Source: Nostoc sp. (GTDB taxonomy: Bacteria; Cyanobacteriota; Cyanobacteriia; Cyanobacteriales; Nostocaceae). Taken from it: DNA of 42,094 nt. Location of the stretch: positions 1 to 42,094 of the forward strand of contig JBALDB010000035.1 in NCBI GenBank assembly GCA_036918135.1. The letters run 5' to 3'. The notes beneath the pieces are model-generated. The model did not search any database and was not told the origin of the DNA. It saw only the letters and a list, made by a program, of their open reading frames with translations. The position numbers and the translations under genes are program-made. Positions 29,194 to 38,986 of the stretch are shown here, one piece after another. Each line of letters begins with the position of its first letter. Within the stretch, counting starts at the first letter, position 1.

Positions 29194-29271
29194 TCATCCA
29201 GCATTATTTGGTGATTCTTAACCTTAAGTTAACGCACAAGGTATACTAGCAAATCTACAAGGAGAAAGTTC

Positions 29272-31515
29272 GTGGTTTCTCATTCGATTTGGATTGTTGG
29301 CACCAGCCGCAGTGGTAAGACAACTCGCTTAGTAAAGCAATTTTGTAGTTGGGTAGAACCTAAAAAACCGTATACTGACTCATTTTATACTAAAAAACAA
29401 GGACGTGAAAAAGGTGATAATGCCTCCAAATTTTTAGATCTTAAGCCAACAGATCCAGGAGTTTTAGTCTTAGCTGCCAATGATGATAATCGGCGAGAAT
29501 TGGGTGATATAATTGTTACATCAACATTAGGAAAATATCCGGTTCGGGCGAAGACACCGCTAGGTTTTTTTCAGGATGAGGTTATTTTATTTTGGCCATT
29601 GCTAATTAATTTATTGAACCTCAAGGCACAGTTTCCAGTACGATTGCGCCCAGAAACCGAACAAGAGTTAGCAATCAAATTGTGGCGTTCCCAATTAGAC
29701 GAAGAAATTTTACGTCTTGCGGGTGTGAATGAGTCTCGTTTAGTGCGTCGCATCCTAGACTTACTTCAATTAGCAGCCTATAGTGGTACACCTTGCGAAG
29801 ATATTGCCCAGATTTTGGCTAGAGGTTTGGCGGAAAATAGTACAAATTTAGAGCCGGAATTTTTGGCGTCTTTGCTATTAGATTGGCGTAACTGGTGTTT
29901 ACAGAGGGGATTACTAACTTATGGGATTATTACTGAACTTTATAGCCAGCATTTATTAACCGATCGCAATTATCAAAAGCACTTAACAAAACGCTATCAA
30001 GCAATACTCGCGGATGATGTCGATGATTATCCTGGCGTAGCCCGTCTGTTGTTTGAGTTGCTCTTAGACGAAGGTGCAGTTGGGGCGTTTACTTACAATC
30101 TTGATGGTGCAGTGCGATTAGGATTGGGAGCAGATCCAAATTACCTGGAAGGATTAGCCGCACGTTGTCGAGTAGAAACCTTGACTGGGCCGCCTCCAGA
30201 GTCTCTGGGACAACAACTGGCTACACAAATGGTGCAATTAGTTACAGAATCTATAATGCCATTGAGCTTACCAGAAATTGTCCACTCAATTCAAACCACT
30301 TCCCGCGCCCAACTCTTGCGGCAAACAGCACAAGTGATTGCTAATGCCATCCAATCACAGCAAGTAAAACCAGAAGAAATAGCGATTATAGCACCTGGTT
30401 TAGATGCGATCGCTCGTTATACCTTAGTAGAAATCCTGATCAAACAAAACATCCAAATAGAATCGCTCAACGACCAACGCCCTTTAATTAGTTCGCCCGT
30501 AATTCGGGCATTGCTCACCATGCTCTCGCTAGTTTATCCTGGCTTGGGACGGTTAGTAGATCGGGATGCGGTAGCAGAAATGCTGGTTGTTTTGAGCAGA
30601 AAACAACCACCAGAGATTAAAGACGCGATTAATCGCCTCTCTACAGATATTGACCCAGTACGCGCTGGTTTAATCGCAGATTACTGCTTTGTACCCCACC
30701 CCGACCGTCCCAACTTGCTACCAGTATCAGCCTTCGAGCGCTGGGATAGAATTGGCTATGCAGCTACCACAGCCTATAACGAAATATTACAGTGGTTAGA
30801 ACAACAGCGATCGCAACAAGAACAGCGTTTAATTCCCAGTCCCATTTCTCTATTAGATAGGGCAATTGTGCGTTTTTTATGGAATGGTAGCAATCTCCCC
30901 TACGAACAACTTGCAGCATTGCGGGAATTATTAGAAACTGCTCAACACTACTGGGAAATTGACACAAGGTTACGACAAACATCTTCTGGGCGAGTGGAGG
31001 AAGAGGACGCGGGTAAAGAAGCTTCAGTCTCATCGCGTCTCCCCATCTCTTTGTCCTCTTCATCTGCTTCAGCCACTATTATTGCCGAATTCATTCAACT
31101 GCTGCGACGCGGTACTATCACCGCCAACCCCTACCCAGTGCGTCCCCTTGGTGGAGCCAGAAAAGCTGTAACTTTAGCAACTATATTTCAATATCGCTCT
31201 AGTAGGCGATCGCACCGCTGGCATTTTTGGCTTGATGCTGGTTCACCTCTATGGGCTAAAGGTGGTGCGGCGACATTGTTCGGTGCGCCGTTTTTCCTGC
31301 AAGACAGATTAGGCCAACCCTGGACAGCAGAAGATGAAAAATTAGCAGAACAACAACGACTCCGTAGAATTTTGGCAGATTTGCTGTCTCGTGTATCGGA
31401 GAGAGTTTATTTGTGTCACAGCGATTTAGCCGTTAATGGACAAGAGCAACTGGGACCATTGTTACCTTTAGTCAATGCTTGTGTCACGGTTATTTCTGAA
31501 ACTACTGTTAATTAA
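29272..31515 (+). CDS. conserved cyanobacterial UvrD/AddB-like P-loop protein
   Basis: N-terminal GTSRSGKT, ILADDVDDY in place of Walker B, EEIAIIAP, VTLATIFQY and C-terminal LLSRVSERVYL resembling SF1 helicase motifs. Confidence 0.7.
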   Translation: MVSHSIWIVGTSRSGKTTRLVKQFCSWVEPKKPYTDSFYTKKQGREKGDNASKFLDLKPTDPGVLVLAANDDNRRELGDIIVTSTLGKYPVRAKTPLGFFQDEVILFWPLLINLLNLKAQFPVRLRPETEQELAIKLWRSQLDEEILRLAGVNESRLVRRILDLLQLAAYSGTPCEDIAQILARGLAENSTNLEPEFLASLLLDWRNWCLQRGLLTYGIITELYSQHLLTDRNYQKHLTKRYQAILADDVDDYPGVARLLFELLLDEGAVGAFTYNLDGAVRLGLGADPNYLEGLAARCRVETLTGPPPESLGQQLATQMVQLVTESIMPLSLPEIVHSIQTTSRAQLLRQTAQVIANAIQSQQVKPEEIAIIAPGLDAIARYTLVEILIKQNIQIESLNDQRPLISSPVIRALLTMLSLVYPGLGRLVDRDAVAEMLVVLSRKQPPEIKDAINRLSTDIDPVRAGLIADYCFVPHPDRPNLLPVSAFERWDRIGYAATTAYNEILQWLEQQRSQQEQRLIPSPISLLDRAIVRFLWNGSNLPYEQLAALRELLETAQHYWEIDTRLRQTSSGRVEEEDAGKEASVSSRLPISLSSSSASATIIAEFIQLLRRGTITANPYPVRPLGGARKAVTLATIFQYRSSRRSHRWHFWLDAGSPLWAKGGAATLFGAPFFLQDRLGQPWTAEDEKLAEQQRLRRILADLLSRVSERVYLCHSDLAVNGQEQLGPLLPLVNACVTVISETTVN

Positions 31516-31652
31516 AACTTACATCCCCCGACTTCTTTAATAAGCCACGGATCTTACTTGTTCGCCAACTTTGATAACCAAAAATTTATTCTCAGGCCAT
31601 TATGACTTGTTGAGTATTATTTTATAACTGATTTAACAAACACAAAGATTTG

Positions 31653-32141
31653 CTAATATTTATTATTAATTATCCCTTTTTTAATATTGAGTTTTGGGGT
31701 TAAAAATTGTAAATTTTCTGACTGTGGTTGAATAGGAACAGGAGAACGATAAGGCAGTTTATTACGCCATAAAAGCAAAGGAATACAGAAAAGTCCTAAA
31801 AGAATTACGACTACAGTCATCATCAAAACCATCAATCTATTTGGTTTGTAATCTCCTCGTTCAATTTGCCAGAAAACTTGATTATATCGCCACGCTGCTA
31901 GCACAATTGTAAAAATTCCAGAAATTACCAAAGCCAGACCCAAATTTTCGGAATTAGTTAATCGATTTATTTGAGTTTCTTGTTGAGTAATAGCAACATT
32001 AAGCTGGCGCAAAAATATACTAAATCGGGCAATAGCAATTCCAAAGCTAATCAATGCAATAGAAGTGCGTAACCAAGCTAAAAAAGTACGTTCGTTCGCT
32101 TGATGCTCCCTTTGGCGGTCAATTTTTGGTAGTTTATCCAT
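31653..32141 (-). CDS. DUF202/YidH family membrane protein
   Basis: REHQANERTFLAWLRTSIALISFG signature; three TMs. Confidence 0.92.
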   Translation of the reverse strand: MDKLPKIDRQREHQANERTFLAWLRTSIALISFGIAIARFSIFLRQLNVAITQQETQINRLTNSENLGLALVISGIFTIVLAAWRYNQVFWQIERGDYKPNRLMVLMMTVVVILLGLFCIPLLLWRNKLPYRSPVPIQPQSENLQFLTPKLNIKKGIINNKY

Positions 32142-32478
32142 AAGTATCTTTTGCCGCCAAATTATCCTTGAAAAATACTCATAATCTTGACGAAGTTTCG
32201 CAAAGTTCTAATGTAAAAGTGCTTCGAGATTTTGGGAAAACTAATTCTATATCTAAAATTTAATTCTTTACTATGCTTGATAACAATAATTTTCCTGTCG
32301 CCTCAACTGAGGATACCTCGGCTGTGGTGCTTGAAGAGCTATCTTCACATCCTCAGTCAGAAGTTCGTGAGGCCGAGGGTAGAAATCCGAATACACCTGT
32401 TGTGTGAAAAAACCCCAAGCGATGCTGGAATCTTTACAATAGTAAATAAGGTAAAGATATATATAAGAGTCAAAATCA

Positions 32479-33147
32479 ATGGCACTATTTGGATTTGGCA
32501 AAAAGCAAAATATGCCCACGCCTGAGGAAGCTTTGCCAGGAAGGGCACAATCTCTGTCAGTTCCCGCCGAGCATTATGTCAATAAAAATCCCCTAAAACC
32601 TCCTTTTTCCGATGGATTAGAGAAAGCGTTGTTTGGCTTGGGCTGTTTTTGGGGTGCAGAACGCAAATTCTGGCAACTTAAAGGAGTTTACACCACTGCG
32701 GTCGGTTACGCTGGGGGTTTCACACCCAATCCCACCTATGAAGAAGTGTGTACTGGAAGAACTGGTCACAATGAAGTGGTATTGGTTGTTTTCGATCCCA
32801 AGGTAATTAGTTATTCCGAACTGCTGAAAGTCTTCTGGGAAAGCCATAATCCTACTCAGGGGATGCGCCAAGGTAACGATGTTGGCACTCAATATCGTTC
32901 GGGAATTTATGTATACTCCCAAAATCAAAAGCAGTTAGCAGAAGCATCGCTGGAAGCCTATCAGCAAGCCCTTAATGGCGCAGGCTATGGCAAGATTACT
33001 ACAGAAATCATAGATGCGCCTGAGTTCTACTACGCCGAAGGTTACCATCAGCAATACCTAGCGAAAAATCCCAATGGCTATTGTGGTTTAGGAGGAACAA
33101 ACGTTTCTTGTCCCGTAGGTGTAGTTGAATCGCAAGTGAGTGGGTAA
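32479..33147 (+). CDS. msrA: peptide-methionine (S)-S-oxide reductase
   Basis: [23 protein letters not shown] and AEGYHQQYL. Confidence 0.97.
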   Translation: MALFGFGKKQNMPTPEEALPGRAQSLSVPAEHYVNKNPLKPPFSDGLEKALFGLGCFWGAERKFWQLKGVYTTAVGYAGGFTPNPTYEEVCTGRTGHNEVVLVVFDPKVISYSELLKVFWESHNPTQGMRQGNDVGTQYRSGIYVYSQNQKQLAEASLEAYQQALNGAGYGKITTEIIDAPEFYYAEGYHQQYLAKNPNGYCGLGGTNVSCPVGVVESQVSG

Positions 33148-33243
33148 GAGGGATGGGGGAGTGTGGGGAGAGAGGAGGGCAAGATTTGTTCCCCATCCTC
33201 CCACACCTCCCACACCTCCCACACTCCCTGTCTGCCCCATGCC
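33148..33243. repeat. STRR-like G-rich/C-rich inverted short tandem repeats
   Basis: G-rich arm followed by (CTCCCACAC)x3 between convergent stop codons. Confidence 0.7.
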
Positions 33244-33246
33244 TTA

Positions 33247-34440
33247 CTAAAATGCAGATTTGAGCAAAGCGATCGCCCTCAGCCACAACATAATACTAAT
33301 AGGCGCACCAATTAAAATACCAGCGATCGCCCAACCTCTTTGATGGGCTTTGAATTGTTCAATACTCCGCCACTGTCTACTTTTCCAAGCCCATTCGTTG
33401 CCTTTGGCACCAAGAGCGATCGCCATTAGCCACCAACCGTGGGGTATAAAGCAGAACAATCCATACCATACTTGGTTAGTCCACATCCATAACCAAGGCA
33501 TGAGAAATGCACCCCAATTCCAACCGAGAATTTCCTCTGGCACTGTTTCATTGTGATTGTTGATACCGCATCCAGAATTGTTGATAATTTCTTTTGGTAC
33601 TAAAAGCTGAGGTTTGTTTGCAGATTTGACAACCAAACCAGATTTGAGAGCATTCAGCGCTTGCTGGGCACTAGTAAATCGTTGTTCTGGTGCAGGTTCG
33701 ATTAATTTTTCTAGCCAACTGATAAAACTGGGGCTGAGGTTAACTCGGTCTGCAAATTGCAATCGCAAATCTTGCTGGGGTAAATCAGATGGGGAGATAC
33801 CAGTTAGCAAATGAATTAAACTCGCTCCCAATGCGTAGAGATCCGATGCAGCTACCGCACGTCCACCAAATTGTTCCATTGGGGCATAACCATAAGTACC
33901 GACAACAGTAAAAGTAACGCCCTCTTTTGCCGCTTTATCCTGAACTGCACCAAAATCAACTAAATAAATTTGATTATCTTCGCCCCAGATTAAATTACTT
34001 GGTTTAATATCTCTATGCAATACTCCTGGATTCAGTTCGTGTAAATACGCAAGAATATTTAATACTTCAAATGCAATTTTTTTAGCTCGTTTTTCAGTAA
34101 ACCTTTTGCCACTAACAAGTTTTTCCTTTAGCGATTCACCAGGAATGTATTGTTGTATTAAGCCAAACCAGAGAGTGCGATCGTCGATACAAAAATAATC
34201 AATATATTGAGGTATGCGAGGGTGATTTAGCTGTTTGAGAATTTGTGCTTCCCTCTCAAAAAGTTTCAAATCATCCCACTGCACAGTACCACCAAAGGCC
34301 AAAAGTTTAACCACAACAGTGGAATTCTCGCCATCATCAGCTTTTAAATCCTTTGCTAGCCAAGTTTGGCGAATTCCATTATTGCCAAGTTGACACTGGA
34401 TTTGATAACGGTCTTGTAATATCTGTTCTGCTTGCAGCAT
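33247..34440 (-). CDS. Hanks-type Ser/Thr protein kinase with C-terminal WNWGAF membrane domain
   Basis: VVVK, HRDIKPSN, DFG and GTYGYAPME motifs; Trp-rich TM region GWNWGAF...KGNEWAW. Confidence 0.93.
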   Translation of the reverse strand: MLQAEQILQDRYQIQCQLGNNGIRQTWLAKDLKADDGENSTVVVKLLAFGGTVQWDDLKLFEREAQILKQLNHPRIPQYIDYFCIDDRTLWFGLIQQYIPGESLKEKLVSGKRFTEKRAKKIAFEVLNILAYLHELNPGVLHRDIKPSNLIWGEDNQIYLVDFGAVQDKAAKEGVTFTVVGTYGYAPMEQFGGRAVAASDLYALGASLIHLLTGISPSDLPQQDLRLQFADRVNLSPSFISWLEKLIEPAPEQRFTSAQQALNALKSGLVVKSANKPQLLVPKEIINNSGCGINNHNETVPEEILGWNWGAFLMPWLWMWTNQVWYGLFCFIPHGWWLMAIALGAKGNEWAWKSRQWRSIEQFKAHQRGWAIAGILIGAPISIMLWLRAIALLKSAF

Positions 34441-34552
34441 CTGACACCTGCTGGCAATTTACGCTAATCTTATTCCCTTACTATTCAAGGATAATCATTA
34501 TCTAGAGAAACTGTGGGAATCTGAGAATTTATTGAAGAAGGAGTCCTCACTC

Positions 34553-34690
34553 GTAAGAAAATTTAGAACACTCGATGAATTTGAACCAGAGTACTTCCGC
34601 AATCAGCCCGAAGAAATCAACGATTATTTGACTGAAATATTTGAAGAATGTGCCTAAGGTAAGGATTCTGGTGCATTGTTAGCATCATAA
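34553..34690 (+). pseudogene. remnant of a putative addiction-module antidote (antitoxin) gene
   Basis: RKFRTLDEFEPEYFRNQPEEINDYLTEIFEECA*GKDSGALLAS*. AAGGAG upstream of a GTA non-start codon; internal TAA at 34655. Confidence 0.5.
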
Positions 34691-34772
34691 TTCTTGGGCG
34701 CTTACATTATGATAAATTAGTTCCCCATAAAAATATGAGATCGTTACTTGTTAAAGTTAGCCCGATTTTAGG

Positions 34773-35840
34773 TCATTTTACAGAATAATTTTTGCGATAG
34801 TAAGCTTGATATTCCTCAGATAATAAAGGTTCCCACCAATCACGATGCGTGAGATACCATTCAACAGTTAAACGTAAACCTTCGGCAATTGTGACTGAAG
34901 GCGTCCAACCAAGCTCAGTTTTAATCTTGTTCGCATTAATTGCATATCTCCTGTCGTGTCCGGGTCTATCCTTGACAAAAGTAATTAACTGCTTTGCTGG
35001 ACGTACTGGTAAATCAGGTGCTAATTCATCCATCATTTGACATAAAAGTTCTACGAGGTAGATATTTTCTACCTCATTATTGCCACCGATATTGTATGTT
35101 TCCCCTGGTTTTCCATGATTGATTACTACATCTAAAGCTCGACAATGATCCCCAACATAAAGCCAATCCCGCACATTTTTACCATCGCCATAAATAGGTA
35201 ATGGCTTACCAATCAAAGTGTTAATACACATTAGGGGAATTAGTTTTTCAGGAAACTGATAGGAACCATAATTATTAGAACAATTTGTAATAATTGTCGG
35301 GAGTTTATAAGTATGATAATAAGCACGCACTAAATGGTCACTACCAGCTTTGGAAGCAGAATAAGGACTATTGGGAGCATAGGGTGTAGTTTCCAAAAAA
35401 GCTGCATCATCTGAGCTTAAACTTCCGTAAACTTCATCAGTAGAAACATGTAAAAAACGATAATCAGATGGTTGTGCTTTGGTCTGCCAATGTTGGCGAA
35501 AAGCTTCTAAGAGAGTGAAAGTTCCTACCACATTAGTTTGCACAAAAGCAGCAGGGCCGAGAATCGAGCGATCGACATGAGATTCAGCAGCAAAATGGGC
35601 GATAGTATCAATATTTTCTGTTGATAATAAATTATCTATGAGGGGGCGATCGCAAATATCCCCCTGTACAAACCGAAAATTCTCTGTTTGCTCAACTAAC
35701 GCCAAATTCAAACGATTACCTGCGTAAGTTAGAGCATCCAACACCACCACTCGGTCATCTGGATATACCTGACACCAATGATGAACAAAATTCGCCCCAA
35801 TAAACCCCGCACCACCCGTTACCAATAATCGCCGACTCAT
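34773..35840 (-). CDS. rfbB: dTDP-glucose 4,6-dehydratase
   Basis: TGGAGFIG, HFAAESHVDRS, HVSTDEVYG, YSASK and DRPGHDRRY. Confidence 0.96.
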   Translation of the reverse strand: MSRRLLVTGGAGFIGANFVHHWCQVYPDDRVVVLDALTYAGNRLNLALVEQTENFRFVQGDICDRPLIDNLLSTENIDTIAHFAAESHVDRSILGPAAFVQTNVVGTFTLLEAFRQHWQTKAQPSDYRFLHVSTDEVYGSLSSDDAAFLETTPYAPNSPYSASKAGSDHLVRAYYHTYKLPTIITNCSNNYGSYQFPEKLIPLMCINTLIGKPLPIYGDGKNVRDWLYVGDHCRALDVVINHGKPGETYNIGGNNEVENIYLVELLCQMMDELAPDLPVRPAKQLITFVKDRPGHDRRYAINANKIKTELGWTPSVTIAEGLRLTVEWYLTHRDWWEPLLSEEYQAYYRKNYSVK

Positions 35841-35859
35841 TCAATTTCCTCTCTTGTAT

Positions 35860-35993
35860 GTGCGGTAGCCTGCGATAAGCCGTCCACGTTCAGCAGTCGC
35901 TCATGGGGAGCCAGTGCGTTGGGCGGTGCCAACAGCCAAGCTAGCGTGGGTAAACCCCCAAGACCGCGCTGCTTCACCGCTGCGCGTCTACGT
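35860..35993. repeat. mosaic of short dispersed repeats
   Basis: GCGGTAGCCT, CAGCAGTCGCT, CAAGAC.GCGCTGCT..ACCGCT.CGCGTCTACGT blocks, shared in the same order with 21983-22134. Confidence 0.75.
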
Positions 35994-36995
35994 TTATTTC
36001 AACTTAAAATATTTTTTTCTCAGCTTACCATATATCTTCTGTGCGAGTAATTTCCCTCTACGTATTTTCGTCAAACTCTTAATATTAGATGGCTGTTGGA
36101 GCTTGTGGTCAAAAAAGTCATTTAATTCATCTAAAATAACTTGTAAACGTTTAATAATATTTTCAGTTCTATACTCAGTGAAAAACTCTTGAGACAAACA
36201 AAGTGCTACTGAAGAATCAACTACCTTCAGAATACGCTGTACATCATATTCTTGTGAATATCCAGCAATTTTATAGCAATTAAATCCAGGATCTAAATAA
36301 TCTGATAATCCACCATTGACACTAGAAAATACTTGACAACCACAGGCAAGGGCTTCCATTGGTTGCAGACCAAATCCTTCACTAACACCCTGTTGTGCCC
36401 AGTACTCAGCAGAATCATAGAGGTAAACCTTAGCTCGGTTAAATAGTCCAGGTAAATCCTCTACATAAGAATCAATAACCAATACTTTGCAACGTTTTTC
36501 TAACGCTGGAATCAATTCTTTGATTAAATACTCAGAAGATTTCCGAGCCTGAACTAAAACATCAATATCTCGTTCCAGACCTAAATTTTGAAACTCATTA
36601 GAAATTTGATTGGGTAAATAATAAATCAAAGAATTGGGAGATTTTTCTCCCCAATATCCCATTGTATAGCGACTAACAGTAACAATCGGAATACTCGCAG
36701 GCAAGCTAAATCGATAACCTGGGCTATGTGCATGGTAAACAAGATTGTATTGCTTGAGTTGAGGAACAAGTTGAGCTATATCAAATCCCCAATTAATTAT
36801 AAAAATTACATCATTAAGATTTTTTTCTTTGAGTAAATCATCAATGAAAAGCTTATCTTTTTCCCGCTGACGGTAAGTTACAACATCAGCACTACAAACC
36901 TGCTCAACCAGATTAACAGTTTTTAATTCTGCCCAAAGACCACCGCAGGCAAATTTGCCATCTGTACCAGGAAGTAAGAAGTAAAGTTTTCTCAT
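35994..36995 (-). CDS. GT4-like glycosyltransferase
   Basis: EGFGLQPMEALACGC (EX7E) motif; upstream of rfbB. Confidence 0.85.
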   Translation of the reverse strand: MRKLYFLLPGTDGKFACGGLWAELKTVNLVEQVCSADVVTYRQREKDKLFIDDLLKEKNLNDVIFIINWGFDIAQLVPQLKQYNLVYHAHSPGYRFSLPASIPIVTVSRYTMGYWGEKSPNSLIYYLPNQISNEFQNLGLERDIDVLVQARKSSEYLIKELIPALEKRCKVLVIDSYVEDLPGLFNRAKVYLYDSAEYWAQQGVSEGFGLQPMEALACGCQVFSSVNGGLSDYLDPGFNCYKIAGYSQEYDVQRILKVVDSSVALCLSQEFFTEYRTENIIKRLQVILDELNDFFDHKLQQPSNIKSLTKIRRGKLLAQKIYGKLRKKYFKLK

Positions 36996-37013
36996 AATTT
37001 TTTAGGGGAGTGG

Positions 37014-37245
37014 CAGGAGATGAAGGAGATGTGGTTCGACTTCTCTACGAGACGCTACGCGTAACTTGCTTAAGAGCAGGGGTACGCTCACCAACCGAGA
37101 GATAGGAAGGCAGGGAGAGAATAACTCTTAACTCTTGGAAAGACTTGGGTTAACCCAAGTCTCTACTCCTAACTCCTAACTCGTCACTGGAGAAGACAGG
37201 AAACGTCTCCGGTAAGGCTCAACACTCAACAGTTAACACTCCCTT
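37014..37245. repeat. nested short-repeat region with perfect 22-bp palindrome
   Basis: GGAGATGTGGTTCGACTT...CTCACCAACCG shared with 10856-10898; AGACTTGGGTTAACCCAAGTCT at 37141-37162; (CTCCTAA)n heptamers. Confidence 0.7.
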
Positions 37246-37964
37246 CATTCTTGCCAGTTTACCGTTACAAAATGCGCTTCGCGTCCCCAAAGGTCGCGTG
37301 TACGGACTATGTTTTCAATTGCTAGGTTAAAAGGAATGGCAGTTGTTAAGTAACGCTGTGCCACAGAACCTAAATCAGGTGCCAGCTCGGCAGCTGTCGT
37401 TGCGGCTAACCCTAAACCTATAAGCTGCTCGATTGGCCGGAATGGTAGTAATAGATGCACGCCTACAGCTAATCCAGCGGTTAAAAGCATTGCTACTGAT
37501 AAATTTGTGCCGCAACGGGGATGTACGGCTAAATCCCATTCTCCACTGGTAAGGCGATGTCGGGCAAGTATGACTGCACGCCGTAAATCACTGGTATTGA
37601 CTTCACCGTAGAGGTAAAATCCCTGCTCCGTAGATAAACCGCTTAAGAGTCCGTTATCTAGTTGAAGTTTATTCGGTTGTTTTATAGTGTGGTATGCACT
37701 ATTTGATTCGCTCAAAACCCAAACAGTGGCATGTTCTAAGGCGTGAACCTGCCGCAGCATCAAAATTTCTTTCAACCCTGGAATGAACGACAACTGCCTA
37801 AGTAAGTCAGCATCTTGTGTGGAATGCGGAAAGTCTGAGGATTGAGATTCTGAGGTTGGAACTTTCCCTGACAGAGGTGTTGTCAAATCAAAATTCAAAA
37901 ATTCAAAGGGAAAAGAACCACCATGAAACCAAGCAGAAGTATTCATCGGAACACTGCTCTCCAA
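37245..37964 (-). CDS. DUF6391-type conserved protein
   Basis: RQVHALEHATVWVL and LAVHPRCGTN motifs; two TMs; downstream of pedR. Confidence 0.8.
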   Translation of the reverse strand: MESSVPMNTSAWFHGGSFPFEFLNFDLTTPLSGKVPTSESQSSDFPHSTQDADLLRQLSFIPGLKEILMLRQVHALEHATVWVLSESNSAYHTIKQPNKLQLDNGLLSGLSTEQGFYLYGEVNTSDLRRAVILARHRLTSGEWDLAVHPRCGTNLSVAMLLTAGLAVGVHLLLPFRPIEQLIGLGLAATTAAELAPDLGSVAQRYLTTAIPFNLAIENIVRTRDLWGREAHFVTVNWQE

Positions 37965-38145
37965 GCCGATGGAGCAACATAGATTTCTTTCAAATGTAGC
38001 GCTTGCACCACTGAATTATTGCTAATTTTTGTTATTGGGTATGGAAGATTGGGGACTGGAAATTAGGGATTGGAGATTGAGAAAGTATTCCTAAATATTT
38101 GTTTGCTATTTCCTAGTCCCCATTCTCCAATCCCTAATACTAAAT

Positions 38146-38322
38146 CTGTTGCGTTGAATTTTCAAAGCAATTCCGATGTTTATAGTTTCCGAGTCCGGAG
38201 GGTCAGCTTACTAGATTCACATAAACCCCGCTGAGTCAAGGACTCGGAACTTTTGGTAGAGTGTTCACACTGAAACAAAGGTGTGAGGAGAATAACATCA
38301 GTAAAGCTCAATATTGACTTGT
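38146..38322 (-). ncRNA. ssrS: 6S RNA (SsrS/SsaA)
   Basis: ~180-nt rod: TTCCGAGTCC (38187-38196) / GGACTCGGAA (38240-38249), inner TCAGC/GCTGA, outer GATGTT/AACATC flanking an asymmetric bubble with a TCACAC/GTGTGA hairpin. A -10-like TAGTAT/TATGCT lies upstream on the minus strand. Ends and strand are approximate. Confidence 0.72.
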
Positions 38323-38366
38323 TAGCATACTACACCAGATCGATCGCTTTGTAATGAGTAAATTGT

Positions 38367-38630
38367 TTATTCGATCTGGTCAGGCAGAGGACAGCAATTG
38401 ACATCATTCAAACAGACTTTGCCCCACTGTAAAGCCCAGCGGACAAGAGCTACTCGATTTTCTGTCTCAGTCTTGGTGAGAATATTACTGATATGGTTAT
38501 CAACGGTACGCTTGCTAATTTCCAGTTTGACTGCAATCTCTTGGTTAGTTAAGCCAGCGGCCACTAAGTCGATAATTTGCAGCTCTCTGTCTGAAAGACT
38601 AACAGGGGTCTCAGACTTGCCACCAGCCAT
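38367..38630 (-). CDS. pedR: small LuxR-type redox-responsive regulator PedR
   Basis: LSDRELQII...GLTNQEIA..LEISKRTVDNHISNI HTH and a C-terminal CLNDVNCC Cys triad. Confidence 0.88.
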   Translation of the reverse strand: MAGGKSETPVSLSDRELQIIDLVAAGLTNQEIAVKLEISKRTVDNHISNILTKTETENRVALVRWALQWGKVCLNDVNCCPLPDQIE

Positions 38631-38986
38631 GACTATTTCTATCCTCCCTTGGTATATGTACTTAATCGCTCTTTCTAATTCTAGAAGATTCTTTTGGTGG
38701 TAGGGGTTTCAAGTTGTTAGCAGTAATACGATTATCAATATTTCTTTCGATTTCAAGTTGTCAAGAATTTTATCAATAAAATTATATGTAAAAAATATAG
38801 CATACTCTAATAAATTTATCGAGTTAAAATACTGATATAAATTAAGTGTGTACTAGAAGCATATAGATGTTATTGAAGTAGTAAAAATTGCTATTGAATT
38901 CTATGAAGGACTGGCGACAGATTAGCAAAAATTATTGTAGATTTTATACTGGAAAATTTTAATCCCAAATCGAAATCTAAAATGAA

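Noticed and set aside
32232..32548. Three small overlapping ORFs upstream of msrA
   Set aside because: Mutually overlapping, no motifs, located in a divergent promoter region.
38281..38291. Standalone Yfr1 or Yfr2 sRNA
   Set aside because: The motif is embedded in a larger 6S-like fold and lacks the two flanking hairpins of Yfr1 or the GGAAAC-loop layout of Yfr2.
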